Assembly: GCA_951406725.2 (NCBI GenBank)
Contig: OX597823.1
Location: 38,502,001 to 38,566,000, forward strand
Reading direction: 5' to 3'
From: Octopus vulgaris
Taxonomy: Eukaryota
DNA length: 64,000 nucleotides
Positions within the stretch are counted from its first letter, which is position 1; each line of letters starts with the position of its first letter. Under the pieces are notes generated by a model that was not told the origin of the DNA, made no database searches, and saw only the letters and a program-made list of their open reading frames with translations. Both the position numbers and the translations under genes were made by a program. Positions 39,898 through 52,567 of the stretch are shown in pieces.

Positions 39898-41346
39898 TTT
39901 TGATAAATTTCTTTTGCTTTCTTCAAATGACTTGAAATAAGACAATTAGAAGGGCTGGTTTTCTTTTTGTATTTCCCCAGTTTTAATTTAAACTGTTGTA
40001 TAAGTATGATACATAACAATAAATCTATATAGGCTTAACTGTAAGTAATTTACAGGCTACTGGAGGCTCTTAATGAAGTGTACCTACAGTAACAGTTATA
40101 GAATCACAAATATTACAACTGTTCTATTCACAAAAACTAGAGTGTTTGCTGAATAATGATGTCTCACAGTACATGTTGCTTGTATTCAGTTTTGTCTTTA
40201 TTTTTACATATTCAGACAACATTGTAAAACAACTTCAGCCTTATGAGTTAGTATTCTATCAATTATATTGTCTGTGAATAAAAAGCTGCTAGATTGTGGA
40301 CTCGGAAGGCTTAAATATTGATTCCTTCAACCTTAACTATAGAAAGTCACAAACCAAGAGTACTTTATATACAACACCGAAACTAAATGACTCTAATGTG
40401 TTCAATAGAACAGCAAAATTGGTGCATGTCAAAAAGGAAAAAAACGCAAAAACAAAGAAAAACACTCTTATAATTAGAAATACCACTTTTAACTGTGTAG
40501 GGTGAAAAGGTTTCCTTGGGGCAAACCTTTAGTGACTTTAGAATTGATTATAATACATTCTTTGTACACATTTAACAATTTTCACAAAATGAACTGTAAA
40601 TGTTGAGATGCCTTTCCTTTAATACCTGTTCCTTTCCATTTTACATATATATGTGTGTGTGTGTGTACCATATATACTTATATATAATGATCAGTTGTCC
40701 AAAAGTCAGAAAAAATCACACATTAAAAGAAATTTTGAGCAGTTATAAGTAGTTAGTAATATATTCTTGTTTATGGTTTATAACCAATTAGAAAGTTACC
40801 ATTGGTTTCACATCTACTATTGCACTTGGCAACATAGTCAACTCATTAGACATACTTGGTGAAAGCACATAGCCTCTTTACTGATGGGGGTAAATGAATA
40901 TGCAGTTTTGGTCAGTTTTGTGGTGAAAAAGAAAAAGAAAAACACCCTTTCCTGAGAGGGAAAGAAGAGTTACCACTCCTTGTAAGATTCCAGCTTTGAC
41001 TAAAGTTGATCAGCTGTGTTTGTGTACATTTTTTTAATTCTCTTGTCCATAGGCAGGGAAGACCACATTTGCAAAATGTATTTTCTGTCATGAGGGCTGC
41101 AGCTAAAATTTTCTCTTTCTGAATTCAAGAAGGCACCCGGATCATGTGATTTACTTAGAATCAGTGTCCTCTTGTCTTAATAAAGTTTGCACCATCTGCT
41201 TCCATTAGGTACTGCCCATATTGTTCCAGCAGCTTAGAGTTAATTTTGTATGATGTTTCTGAGAGCAATAGTAGACATGAGACCAACGATAAATTTCTGA
41301 CCAGTTATGTGCCATAACCAAGAATATACTACTTGGCTACATGGAA

Positions 41347-41386
<40 letters not shown>

Positions 41387-41714
41387 ATTACTATGTTTTC
41401 TTTTGCTCACTTGGAAATCATTTTATTTTTCTGGTTCCAAAGTAATGCTATTTTTCACATAATTTAAGATATTTTATTATACTCAGTTTTTTTGTTTGAA
41501 AATCCCAATATTTGCATGTATTAATTAATGGAAACTATTTAATTAGTTAAACTGAGGTCTTGGAGAATAGACGTAGTTTATTGAAAATAAAAATGCATTA
41601 TTCATTATAGGTTTTTTAAAATTAATTTTTATGATACTCCTGTATTTTCTTTTACCCAAAGTCAGGAACTTTTCAGCACCCCCTTGTAGAGTATTTCTTA
41701 GTAAGTGTACATGT

Positions 41715-42152
41715 AGTTTACTTCTAAACTACATGGTTCCAGGTTCAGTCCCACTGGCACTTTGGGTAAGTGTCTTCTACTATAGCCCTGGGCCAATTAA
41801 AGCCTTATAAGTGGATTTGTTAAATGGAAACTGAATGAAATCCAGTGTGTTTAATATGAGTGTGTTTGTGTGTGTTTGTGTGTGTGTGTGTGTGTTGTCT
41901 CCTTATCTTGACATCCCATGATAGTTGTCAGTGAATGTCACCATCATGCAAGTGGTGTTGTTCATTTCCAATCTTCTGTGAAAAATGCCTTGTTATGAGG
42001 TAATATAACCTTATGTTATGGGGTAATGTAACTTTACTTGGAAACAGGTGTGGGTTGGTGACAGGAAGGGTATCTGGCTGTGGAAAATCCATTTCAACAA
42101 AATTCTGTCCTACCCATGTGAGCATTAAAACGTGGACATTCAAATGCTGATG
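41715..42152 (+). mobile_element. SINE with tRNA head, (GT)n, core and RTE-like tail
   Basis: GGTTCAGTCCC B box, then GGAAGGGTATCTGGCTGTGGAAAA...GGACATT tail shared with the RTE 3' end; similar copies at 44780-45150 and 55505-55880. Confidence 0.7.
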
Positions 42153-45100
42153 AATACAGAAAATGTTACCTTCGTTTGATGACAAATTAACTGTCAATTT
42201 GTTTAAAATATTCTTTTGCCTAAGGCATGGAAATATTTACTTAATATAAGCTGATGGTTTACAAAAGAAGATTAATATATTCTGTGTATTTTTTTATAAT
42301 GTTTGTTGTAAGACTGTTAATGTCTGAGTATAACAGCAACTTAAATTTAGATAAAAACTAGTTGCTTGTCTAAAATAAATAGCATTGATTTTATATCAGT
42401 TGTAGAATAATTATACAAGTTACTGGGGCCTTGAAGTTAATAAAAAAATTATTAATATTATACAGTTTATTTAGAAATGCAAAGAAAGCAAGAATCTATC
42501 TCCTTGATTATTTTTCCTATTAGGAAAGACAGCTGTCAGAAGTGTCTAATTTTATTTATAACAAAGCAGACAATTGATAGAATACCAATTCCTATGATTA
42601 TGTTTATTGGAAATGTTAAAACTTATTTTATGTCTTGTACAAAAAAATTTAGACACTCAAACTTTTTAGCAGAATTTTTTACTTTCAAAGAAGAAAAATT
42701 ACATACTTTCAATTGCCATCTCTTTCAATATAGAGAGAAGTGGTAACATAGACACAAGTATTAGAAATGAAATGAGGATTAATAAGTCTATGCAGAAGGG
42801 ACTAACTTGTGAAAATTATAGCGTCACCATAAAATTATAAGGGTGTTGGCTGAATTTAAAATTAAATATAATAGCCTTTTACAATCTAAAATAAATTAAT
42901 GATATTTGTGCTTAATGGTAATTTAGAAAAAGATAAATCTAATTTAAATATAGTGACACTAAAATTATGTCCATAATTCTAGCTGAGATTCGTGTTGGCT
43001 TTAATAGTTTCTAGTATAAATTTAAAATTTTGTGTTTTGTTTGAACACCATGTTGGCCTTTGCAGCTGGTAATTAAAAGAATATACATTGTCTAGCTGTT
43101 AGAAGTGTACTGCATGTATATAGTTAACTTTGCATGATGTCCATGTTTTCTGCTTGTGAGAGATATGTCTATGCTTTCTTCATCATTTAACATTATATTT
43201 CTATGAATGTATTTGTTACAAAATAATCCAAATTAACTTTCAGAAAGTCTTTTTCATATGTGTACACGTTAAGAGATTTGCAGTCAATGTTATTTCTTTT
43301 ATCTGTAATTTTTAAACAATTAGAAATTTCTTTATCAATTTCAAATCAATGATAATTCAGTTAAAGCATAAGGGTAGTGTTTGGCGTGCATTAATGTTTT
43401 GAATGAAGCATAGATGAAAACAAATTTCAGTTTGTTTCCTTTAACCGTTCAGAATTTAATTTCATATGCTAACCCTTTTTACAAATAACTAACGGTTTAT
43501 ATTTTCTTTTTTTATTGTTTAATTTCTTTTTCTTCTATATGTTTGGCAAATAATTTTGTTTTGAAATCATGTGTTGGAATAGATGTTATAATTTGGAAGG
43601 GTTTTTTTTTTTTTTTTGCCAATATGACGAAGATTCCCTCAGAATCTATAAAGACAGTTTATAGCTTTTACCAAGATACCATGTATAGCTTATATAACAA
43701 ACGTGGAAAGAAGTGAAAATTAGAAGTATTTTCTTATTCAATGTTGATATCTTGTAGATTTATGTTTTAAATAGATACAGTCATTTTTGAAGTTTATTCT
43801 TTGTTTCTGGTAGAAATGTAACAAATGGGTTTAAGATTGAGGATAAGGCATAATTTCTTTCCAACATAATTTCTTTCCAACATATTAGTTAAAATTATGA
43901 AATAATTTTAAAATATCTATGGTTTATTTATATATTGAAAATAGCAGATATTTGTTGGTAAAATTATCTTCAACAATTAAGTATTCTATTGTTGCAGTGT
44001 GTATTATGTGCATATATATATATATGATGATAAATATTGGATCATATCTAATTGCAGGCAAACTCTTGGGAAATAGATATGCATTCACTTTAAAATGTTA
44101 CTTTGAAGAAGTTCTATTCTCTCAGTATAGATTGTCTATCTACCATCATTATCTCAATGTAAATTCATTCACTTCATTTAACATTTATTTCTATAAATAA
44201 TGTGTGATTCTTAGTTGCTAGCATACAATTCCATAACTTTCTAGCAAGTCTATATTTCATATAATTATAAATAGTATTTAAGATCTCAAATAGATGAATG
44301 CATGTGCATATAAGTATGGTATGCATGTATATAGCATATGACTGCATGTTTAAATACAGCATTAAGCCATAAGTTATTTATCTTCTTAATAAAACAAGGT
44401 CATTTTTTAATTTAGATTCTTCATAATGTACGTATCCTTTTAGTCAATTCATAAATAGTTGAAATCAAACTTTTAATGATTATTTTTCTTGAAATCTTAG
44501 ATCTGTCTACAAGAATACAGAATTTACTTCTTGAACTAAACTTAAACTCTTTGAGTATTTAATCTGTCACCCTTTATGAAAAATACTTCTACCCTTATGC
44601 ACCACATTTTAGCTCCTCTAGACTGAAATGATTGAACCAATATGCACAGTGTTTGTTTTCAGTTGCAAATGTTATAACTTTTGTAGCTACTAATATTTAA
44701 CTATAGTATGGGTCTGTTCTTTATTCATTAATAAATTGTCAGATTAACTAATAAAGAGGTACCGTGTGTGTGTGTGTTATTTTGAGCAAGTGACTTCTAT
44801 TGTAGCTCTGTGCTGACTGAAGCTTCATGAGTAGATCTGGTAAACAATAACTGAAAAAATCCTGCTATACATACATATATATGTGTGAATGTGTGTCAGT
44901 GTGCATGGATGTGTGTGTTAGTGTCTCCATATCTTGACATCAAAGGCTAACTGTAAATGAATGTCACTGCCATACAAACAACATCTTTTGTTTCCAATCT
45001 GCTGTGAAAGCAAGTCTGGCCATATGGAGATATTACATTACTTGGAAATAGGTGAGGATTGACTAGAGGAAGACATTTGACTGTAGAAAATCTGCTTCAA

Positions 45101-45228
45101 CAAATTCTGTTCAACCTATGTGAGCATGGAAAAGTGGAAGTTAAAATAAAGATGTATGCATGTATGTATGTACACACATGTGTGTGTATATATATATATT
45201 TATATTAAAAACAGGGAAGGCCGGTTTA

Positions 45229-45291
45229 TGAGATTACGTTAGGTTTCCTATCCATAAAGGGTTTAGATGTATGGCATATCATCAAATCCCA
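45229..45291 (-). ncRNA. Type I hammerhead ribozyme-like motif (C3U, probably decayed)
   Basis: UGGGAU-UUGAUGA-stem II (UAUGCCAUA/UAUGGAUA)-GAAAC-CUAAC-GUA/AUCUCA; 6-bp stem I. Confidence 0.55.
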
Positions 45292-45379
45292 AAATCCTGT
45301 TGGCCCATGACGGCTTTAAAATATGGAGGGTGAATGCATCACTACTTATGTATATGTGTATGTGTGTAAGTGTGTGTGA

Positions 45380-45412
<33 letters not shown>

Positions 45413-46048
45413 TGCATGCAGTCAACTATATCATCATTGCCATCCTGCTGCTCCCCTTTCTCACTCTCTTCTGCATCCCTCTACCTTTCACAATTCATGC
45501 ATCATATAATCATCCCCCCATACCTTTACTTCCAGTCATTCCATACCTCTTTATCCATCATTTCCTGCATCCACCATCTCCTTGTTTTCATCACCCCATA
45601 TACTCTTGGAAACACCCAACTCTCACTCCAAGTTCCCCTGCTCCCACTCCCTTCTACTCCTCTCTCACCTTAAGAGGTCACCTGAACACCTAACCACCAC
45701 TATTTATCTTTTTGCAGCTCCACCTGGTTATTCTTGCCCCTAGCAGCCATATGCTTTATCCCTTCCTCTCCTACTTTAACTTCTCATCGCCCAGCATAAA
45801 GCTGACCCATACCCATCTCAGGGTTCAATGTCTTGTAAGCTGCATGATAACTTCATCAGTATTGGTGGCATGAAATAAACACCCAATACATGGTGTAAAA
45901 TGGTTGGCATTAGGAAGGACATCCAGCCATAGAAACCATGCAAAAGTAGACACTTGAGTACAATGCAGTCCTTGGATACATCTTATCCTGTCAATCTGTC
46001 CAACCCATGCCAGCATGAAATGTGAACATAAATTAACGACAATTATGA

Positions 46049-46140
<92 letters not shown>

Positions 46141-47419
46141 CAGGCATGGCTGTGTGGTAAGAAGTTTGCTTCCTAACTACATTGTTCTGTGTTGAGTCCC
46201 AGTGTGTGGCACCTTGATCAAATTTCCTCTACTATAGACTCAGGTCGACCAAATCCTTTTGAGTTAATTTGATAGATGAAAACTGTGTGCCAGTCCCCCA
46301 TCACCACTTGACAACTGAACTTAGTAGTTCAGCAAAAGAGACCAATAGAATAAGTACCAGGCTTTAAAAAAATAAGTAATGGGGTCAATTCATTCAACTA
46401 AAAATTCTTCATGGCGGTACCCCTGCATCATCATAGTATAATGACTGAAACAAGTAAAAGATAAAAGACATGTATCTATACACACACACACACCCATACA
46501 TTTTTTTTTTATATTCTGTTATATACATTTTAACATGTGTTGGTTCTAGTTTTGAAAATGAATGTCTTTAAGATTTTGTGATTTTTACAAGTAAATTCCA
46601 AATATATCTCTGCACTCTAACCATATAGGAATGCCAAGTCTAAAAAAAAGACCAGAATTAATCAATTTCTATGATATGTTATAAGAACATTTTCCTAATT
46701 CAGTGATTCCTCTTTACACGTCTTGCTGTTAAGTTATTTAGCCACTATGTTATTATAAATGCTAGTATTTTTGTGTAAATGAAGTTTAGGCTGTGTAGCT
46801 GATTAAATAATGGTTCCCCAGACTAGAGCATTAATTGAAATACTAAAATAATTCTTTGTAGATGAAATCATTTAACCAATTGTTGCCAATGGTTGTTAGT
46901 TGGCAATAACAGTGGAGCAGTGGACTGAATGCACTGTAGTGTTTAGTAAAGTTTGACTCTTTCCAGTATTGGTTCTTGAATCTGCCTGAGTCACTTTGTC
47001 TTTTAGCCATAAAGGCTTAATTAAATAAATATCACTTATATACAACCAATTAATTCAATTCAATATATTTCCTTAATTACAAAGATTAATTTCTTACATT
47101 CAACCATTGATTACCAATTTCAAAGGAAAGGGACATAGTTGATTAAATCAAACCTACGTTAACAGTTTTCCTCCTCAAGAGGGATGAAAGACAAAGTGTG
47201 CTCAAGCTGATTTGAACTCTGAAACTAAATATTGAAGGCATGTAGTCTGGCAGAAACTCTACCATTTTTACCGCTCTACTGCTTTTATATTATTATTATT
47301 TATATAGACAGCTTCTATGGACATCCAAAGTAGGATTTTTGATGTATTTTTTTTATTGCAAGTTTACTTTGCGCATGAATATTTACATTGCTCATGATAC
47401 AATGAATTGAAAATACTCT

Positions 47420-47428
47420 CTTTATATG

Positions 47429-47479
<51 letters not shown>

Positions 47480-47588
47480 GTATATATGAATGAATATATA
47501 TATATGCATATATATATGTATGAATGAATGTATATATATATATATATATCGATACATACAAATGGATGGATGTATATATATGAATGAA

Positions 47589-47620
<32 letters not shown>

Positions 47621-47700
47621 GATGATTATATATATAACTATATATATATATATATGTATATGAATGAATGTCTGTATATGTATATATATGAATAAATGAA

Positions 47701-47778
<78 letters not shown>

Positions 47779-49108
47779 CGAATATATATAAATGTATATA
47801 TATGTATAAATATATATATATACGAGGGGCGTTCAATAAGTAATGCCCCTGACCCACTTCCCATAGCAGTAGAGCAACGAAACTTGGCACAGTTATTAGT
47901 CTTTTTCTACATAGGAACCACCCAAAGTAACGCATTTCTCCCATCGTTTGATGCGGCTCTGGAGACCGATTTTGTAGAAGAACCCAGCTTGGTCCTCCAA
48001 CCTCAACGTGACTTCAGAAATCAAGGCTGCATCATCTGGGAAACGCTTTCCTTTCAAAACAACTTCATGATTGGGAAGAGGTGAAAATCAGAGGGTGCAA
48101 GGTCAGGAAAGTAGGGGGGATGGGGAGGAGTTCATAGCCATACGCCTGTGCTTCTGATCTGGCGACAAGCGAGTTGTGGACCGGAGCATTGTCCTGCAGG
48201 AGGAGGATGCCTTTGCTGATCTTGCCCCGCCTCTTGATTTTGATAACTTCTCTTAATTTCCTCAAAAGTGAAGCATAATAGGCTCCTGCAATTGTGGTAC
48301 CCTTTGCCAGGAAATCTGTCATTACTACTCTGTCCTGGTCCCAGAAGACTGTGAGCATGACCTTGCCAGTGGAGGGCTGCACCCTTGTCTTCTTTGGAGG
48401 GGGTGAGTCACGGTGCTTCCACTGCATTGACTGGGCTTTGGTCTCTGGATCATCGTGATGGACCCAGGTTTCATCCTGTGTAATCAGTCTTTTGAAAAAT
48501 TTTGACTCATCTTCTTGGCACATCTCCAAATTCACCCTCGAGCACTGGACGCGTTCTTGCTTCTGGAAAGGCGTGAGCAACCTGGGAATCCATCTGGCAG
48601 ACAACTTTTGCATATGCAAATGGTCATGAATGATAGTTTCCACAGACCCGGTACTAATCTTGACCTCATGGGCTATTTGGTGAATAATTATGCGTCGATC
48701 TTCCAAAATGGCAGCCTCAACTTGACGGACAGATGCCTCATCAATGGCAGAAGGGGGCGACCAGATCTGGGAGCTGTTTCCACAGAGTTCCGACCATGTT
48801 TAAATTCACAATGCCAGCGTTTTACAAGGTCATATGATGGGGCATCATCACCATAAGTTACTTTCATTTCATCAAAAGTCTCCTGTGGTGTGCGTCCTTT
48901 CAAATACAAAAACCGGATCACTGCTCGACACTCAACAGGCTCCATTTCACACTTGACTCGGTTCAAACACCTGTAAATCAGAAACCACAATGAATTCAGA
49001 GCTGTAATTTGCCACTTACTCTATAGAGATGTAAATGATTGCACATGCAAAATTTCAGGTAGATCAAACAACTGCAAGTGGGTCAGAGGCATTACTTATT
49101 GAACGTCC

Positions 49109-49153
<45 letters not shown>

Positions 49154-49179
49154 CACACATATAAATGAATGTGTATGTT

Positions 49180-49232
<53 letters not shown>

Positions 49233-49335
49233 GAATATGAATGTATGTATATATATATAAATATATGAATGAATGTATATATATATATATATATATATAA
49301 ATGAATATGAACGTATGTATATATATATGAATGTG

Positions 49336-49375
<40 letters not shown>

Positions 49376-49459
49376 CACACACATATAAATGAATGTATAT
49401 ATATATATATATATGAAGAAATGAATGTATGTGTGTGTATGTATATATATCAATGTATA

Positions 49460-49509
<50 letters not shown>

Positions 49510-49550
49510 TGTGTGTGTTTGTGTGTGTGTGTATATATATATTTATATAT
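47420..49550. repeat. Compound (TA)n/TGAA/(TG)n satellite split by the mariner
   Basis: The same ATATATGAATGAATGT-type units occur on both sides of the transposon. Confidence 0.9.
47823..49112 (-). mobile_element. Nearly intact mariner (irritans/Hsmar2-like), transposase with two frameshifts
   Basis: TIR CGAGGGGCGTTCAATAAGTAATGCCCCTGACCCACTT mirrored at about 49075-49112; WIPRLL, TQDETW, QDNA, PDLAPSDF (DD34D-type); inserted in a TA-rich satellite. Confidence 0.95.
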
Positions 49551-49717
49551 AAGGGAGAGTGTGATTAATGTTGCAGTTTGAGCAGCTCGCATTTCTGTTA
49601 CCCAGTATATGTTGCAAAATTTTTCTTTTAATGCAAAGCGTCACTGTTAATAATTAGTTCCTCTAAAGTTTCAATATGTGATAGTTAATGTTGTATTAAA
49701 CTTATTTTTCTTAACAG

Positions 49718-49943
49718 GTCTCAGGTTCTTCCAATGTTTTAGCTGCTTCTCCACAGGACCGCAATGTTCTGTCTGTAACACCTGATAGGATACACCTTAG
49801 CTGTTCCAACCCTAACTTGATCACATATGAACAGGAAAAAAGCCGACCACATAGCATTTCTGAATTTTCCTCACTTACCAATCATGAACAACGAATCAAA
49901 GAAATTAAGTTGAGAGAAATGTTTCTGAATCGAGCACAATCTG
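49718..49943 (+). CDS. OSBPL6: OSBPL3/6/7 exon
   Basis: ttaacag|GTC...TCTG|gtgagt, phase 0/1; contains RIHLSCSNPNL (family motif RLHxSNPNL). Confidence 0.87.
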
Positions 49944-50381
49944 GTGAGTCATCATTTTACTTTACTGTTGTAGTTTCTCTAAATTTTACAAAGTAATTAG
50001 ATGCAGGTGTGGCTGTGTGGTTAAAAAGCTTGCTTCTCAATGAAGTGGTTCCAGGTTCAGTCACTCTATAAGCAATTTTGGGTAAATATCTTATACTATA
50101 CCAAAGCCTTGTCAGTTGATTTAGTAGACAAAAACTGAAAGATACTAGTAGTATATATTAGTGTGTTTATATGTATATATGTATTAGAAAGAAGTTAATT
50201 GATAATTATATGTGCATATAAACTGCTTAGCTGTATAGGCAATTCATAAGAGTCTGGCCAAGGTTTATAGATGCAAAACTAATGGTCACTATGACTAGCC
50301 ATAGCAGTTAACTCCCTAAAAAATATATTACTGCTTCAATTTCTTAGAGTGTACTTCTTTTTCAGATATATGAACTACTGA

Positions 50382-50417
<36 letters not shown>

Positions 50418-50424
50418 TCAGTAG

Positions 50425-51030
50425 CCCCCTCCTCTCATCATCTAACACCTGCTTCCTATCCACCACCTCTCCTCATTGATACCAACCAACCCACACACAC
50501 CCATCCCACACCCTACCCCCACCACCTGACACCACTCCTCACACACTAGCTGTGGTCACTTCCTAGCACCCACACCACACACCATCATCCACACACCCAC
50601 ACACAATCTTCAATAGTATCACCACACATACCACTGTATGACCAGCTGCATATTAGAGATGCACACACTTACACACACACACTTATACATGTCAAAGTCA
50701 CTAGCCCCTATTCATACATACACACACAGAATTCTCACATTGACACACACATGCACCTTCATTTGGGATCACCAGTACTCTGTTATCTCCATTTCTTCCA
50801 ACCTCTTCTTTCTGACTTTTTCCTAATCATTCACCATGTTTGACCGCTAAATCTACAGGTTATTTTCATTCTCTCTCTGTTTATTTTCTTTTATTCCTTT
50901 CTGTTGAAGAGCGTAGGCTTGAAATGTAAAAGACATCTTCATTTTCCCGAGTGCCAAACTAATACACCTGCTTGTTGTTCATACATTTGTCTTCATCTTT
51001 GTTTTTCTGTAAATTTCAACTATATATATA
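50425..51030 (+). mobile_element. Probable Penelope-like terminal repeat remnant with hammerhead-like motif
   Basis: Between two (TA)n tracts; 50897-50932 reads CUUU-CUGUUGA-A-GAGC(GUAG)GCUU-GAAA-UGUA/AAAG. Confidence 0.55.
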
Positions 51031-51039
51031 TAAATTTAC

Positions 51040-51282
51040 CCTTTTAAAACCTAGCCTGGCTCATGGGCCCGGTTTCCTGGTTTCCATGGTGTATGTGTTC
51101 CCAAGCTGGATGGGACGCCAGTCCATTGCAGTGTTACTTATTTTTGCAAGCTGAGTGGACTGGAGCAATGTGAAATGAAGTGTTTTGCTGAAGAACACAA
51201 CGCATCGCTCAGTTCAGGAATTGAAACCACAATCTTACGATCATGATGCTGACACCCTAACCACTAAGCCACGCGCCTCCCC
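51040..51282 (-). mobile_element. tRNA-derived SINE
   Basis: Minus-strand head GGAGGCGCGTGGCTTAGTGGTTAGGGTG...GGTTTCAATTCC (A and B boxes) followed by a non-tRNA body. Confidence 0.75.
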
Positions 51283-51757
51283 ATTTATATATATACATAC
51301 ACACATACATATTTTATGTATAAACAAAACCATTCATCCCAACATGGGGTTCTCATACATTTCCCAGGTCCAATGATTAAATATAATTCTAACCAGAATT
51401 TCATTCATTCCCTTTTCTTGATACAGTTTTGTTGGAGTCTACCTTATTATTTTGTGGTGAATTATCTTGGTTTGTAACATAATTTAACCCTTTTCATATC
51501 AGTCAGCCTCCCCAAATCTTCACCTGAAGCCATAATACAAAATTTTTCTGTTCTCATGGATTTTAATTAATTTTTTTTTTGTCATGTTCTAAACACTAGT
51601 TTAATAATGAAAAACTTTTAAATTCCTAATAATTCTTGATTATTCTCAAAATTAATTGAAGCCCATCAATAGTGTATATCATTATTCCATATATGGCAAT
51701 GAAAAAGAGAAAAAAGTTTAAATGTTCCACTAATATTTTTTCTTCCTTTCTTTTTAG

Positions 51758-51891
51758 TTCATGACATACTCAAGTCATTGGTTAGAATGGTATCCACAGA
51801 AAGAGATCGTTTGAAACAAGCTCTTGAACAGAATGTTATTGCTCAAAATAATAGTAACAATATCAGCTCCCTCAAAGAATCAATGGCTGAG
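51758..51891 (+). CDS. OSBPL6: OSBPL3/6/7 exon (coiled-coil)
   Basis: tttttag|TT...GAG|gtaaac, phase 1/0; (V)HDILKSLVRMVSTERDRLKQALEQ... matches the family SxER(E/D)xLKQ segment. Confidence 0.87.
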
Positions 51892-52119
51892 GTAAACATT
51901 TTAATGCTTTTTTTCCCATTTCTTCTGTAAAATAGCTTTATTGTTTTTTTTTTCCAGTTCCAAAAGTGTGTATCTGTGCTCTATAAAAATATATTAGAAT
52001 ATATTCTAAATAATATAAAAAATGTTATATGTTTCTGTGTTTATCTAGTACTTGTATTTTAAGTGTTTATTTATTTCATTTTAAAAATAACCATTAGTTT
52101 GTTTAGAAAGGGGTTTATA

Positions 52120-52567
52120 TATACATTATTTACATTAAATGGATATTTGTCCTCATCTTGTTTGTTGTTAGCACAACGTTTCGGCTGATACACCCTCCAG
52201 CCTTCATCAGGTGTCTTGGAGAAATTTCGAACCTGGGTCCTCATTCCTAAGGTATTTTTCGATGTTATTATTATTATGGGCATATGGTGTAGTGGTTAAG
52301 CGTGCAGGCTACTAACCCCAAGATTCTGAGTTCAATTCCAAGCAGGGACCTGAATAATAATAATGATTATAATAATAATAATAATAATAATAATATCGAA
52401 AAATACCTTAGGAATGAGAACCCAGGTTCAAAATTTCCCCAAGACACATGATGAAGGCTGGAGGGTGTATCAGGTGAAACGTTGTGTTAACAACAAACAA
52501 GATGAGGACAAATATCCATCAAATGTAAATAATGTACATAATTCCTCATCTCTTAAATATAGAACTG
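52120..52567. mobile_element. tRNA-like head flanked by inverted ~160-bp hammerhead-containing arms
   Basis: 52120-52277 is the reverse complement of about 52380-52540; the centre 52278-52351 has A box TGGTGTAGTGG and B box GAGTTCAATTCC. Confidence 0.8.
52170..52215 (-). ncRNA. Minimal type I hammerhead ribozyme motif, intact core
   Basis: GACAC-CUGAUGA-A-GGCUG(GAGGGUGUAU)CAGCC-GAA-ACGU-U/GUG; loop-less palindromic stem III (ACGU). A mutated twin lies on the + strand at 52443-52488. Confidence 0.7.

Noticed and set aside
41053-41106. Strong acceptor followed by AGKTTFAK (P-loop-like)
   Set aside because: There is a stop after 17 codons and no frame-preserving donor; the resemblance is likely chance.
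47315-49592. Long Ile/Tyr-rich ORFs (also at about 11.4, 16 and 60.3 kb)
   Set aside because: They are translations of (TA)n/(CA)n microsatellites.
52278-52351. Functional tRNA gene
   Set aside because: No proper acceptor stem, it is embedded in a repeat, and a second truncated copy exists; this is a SINE-type head.
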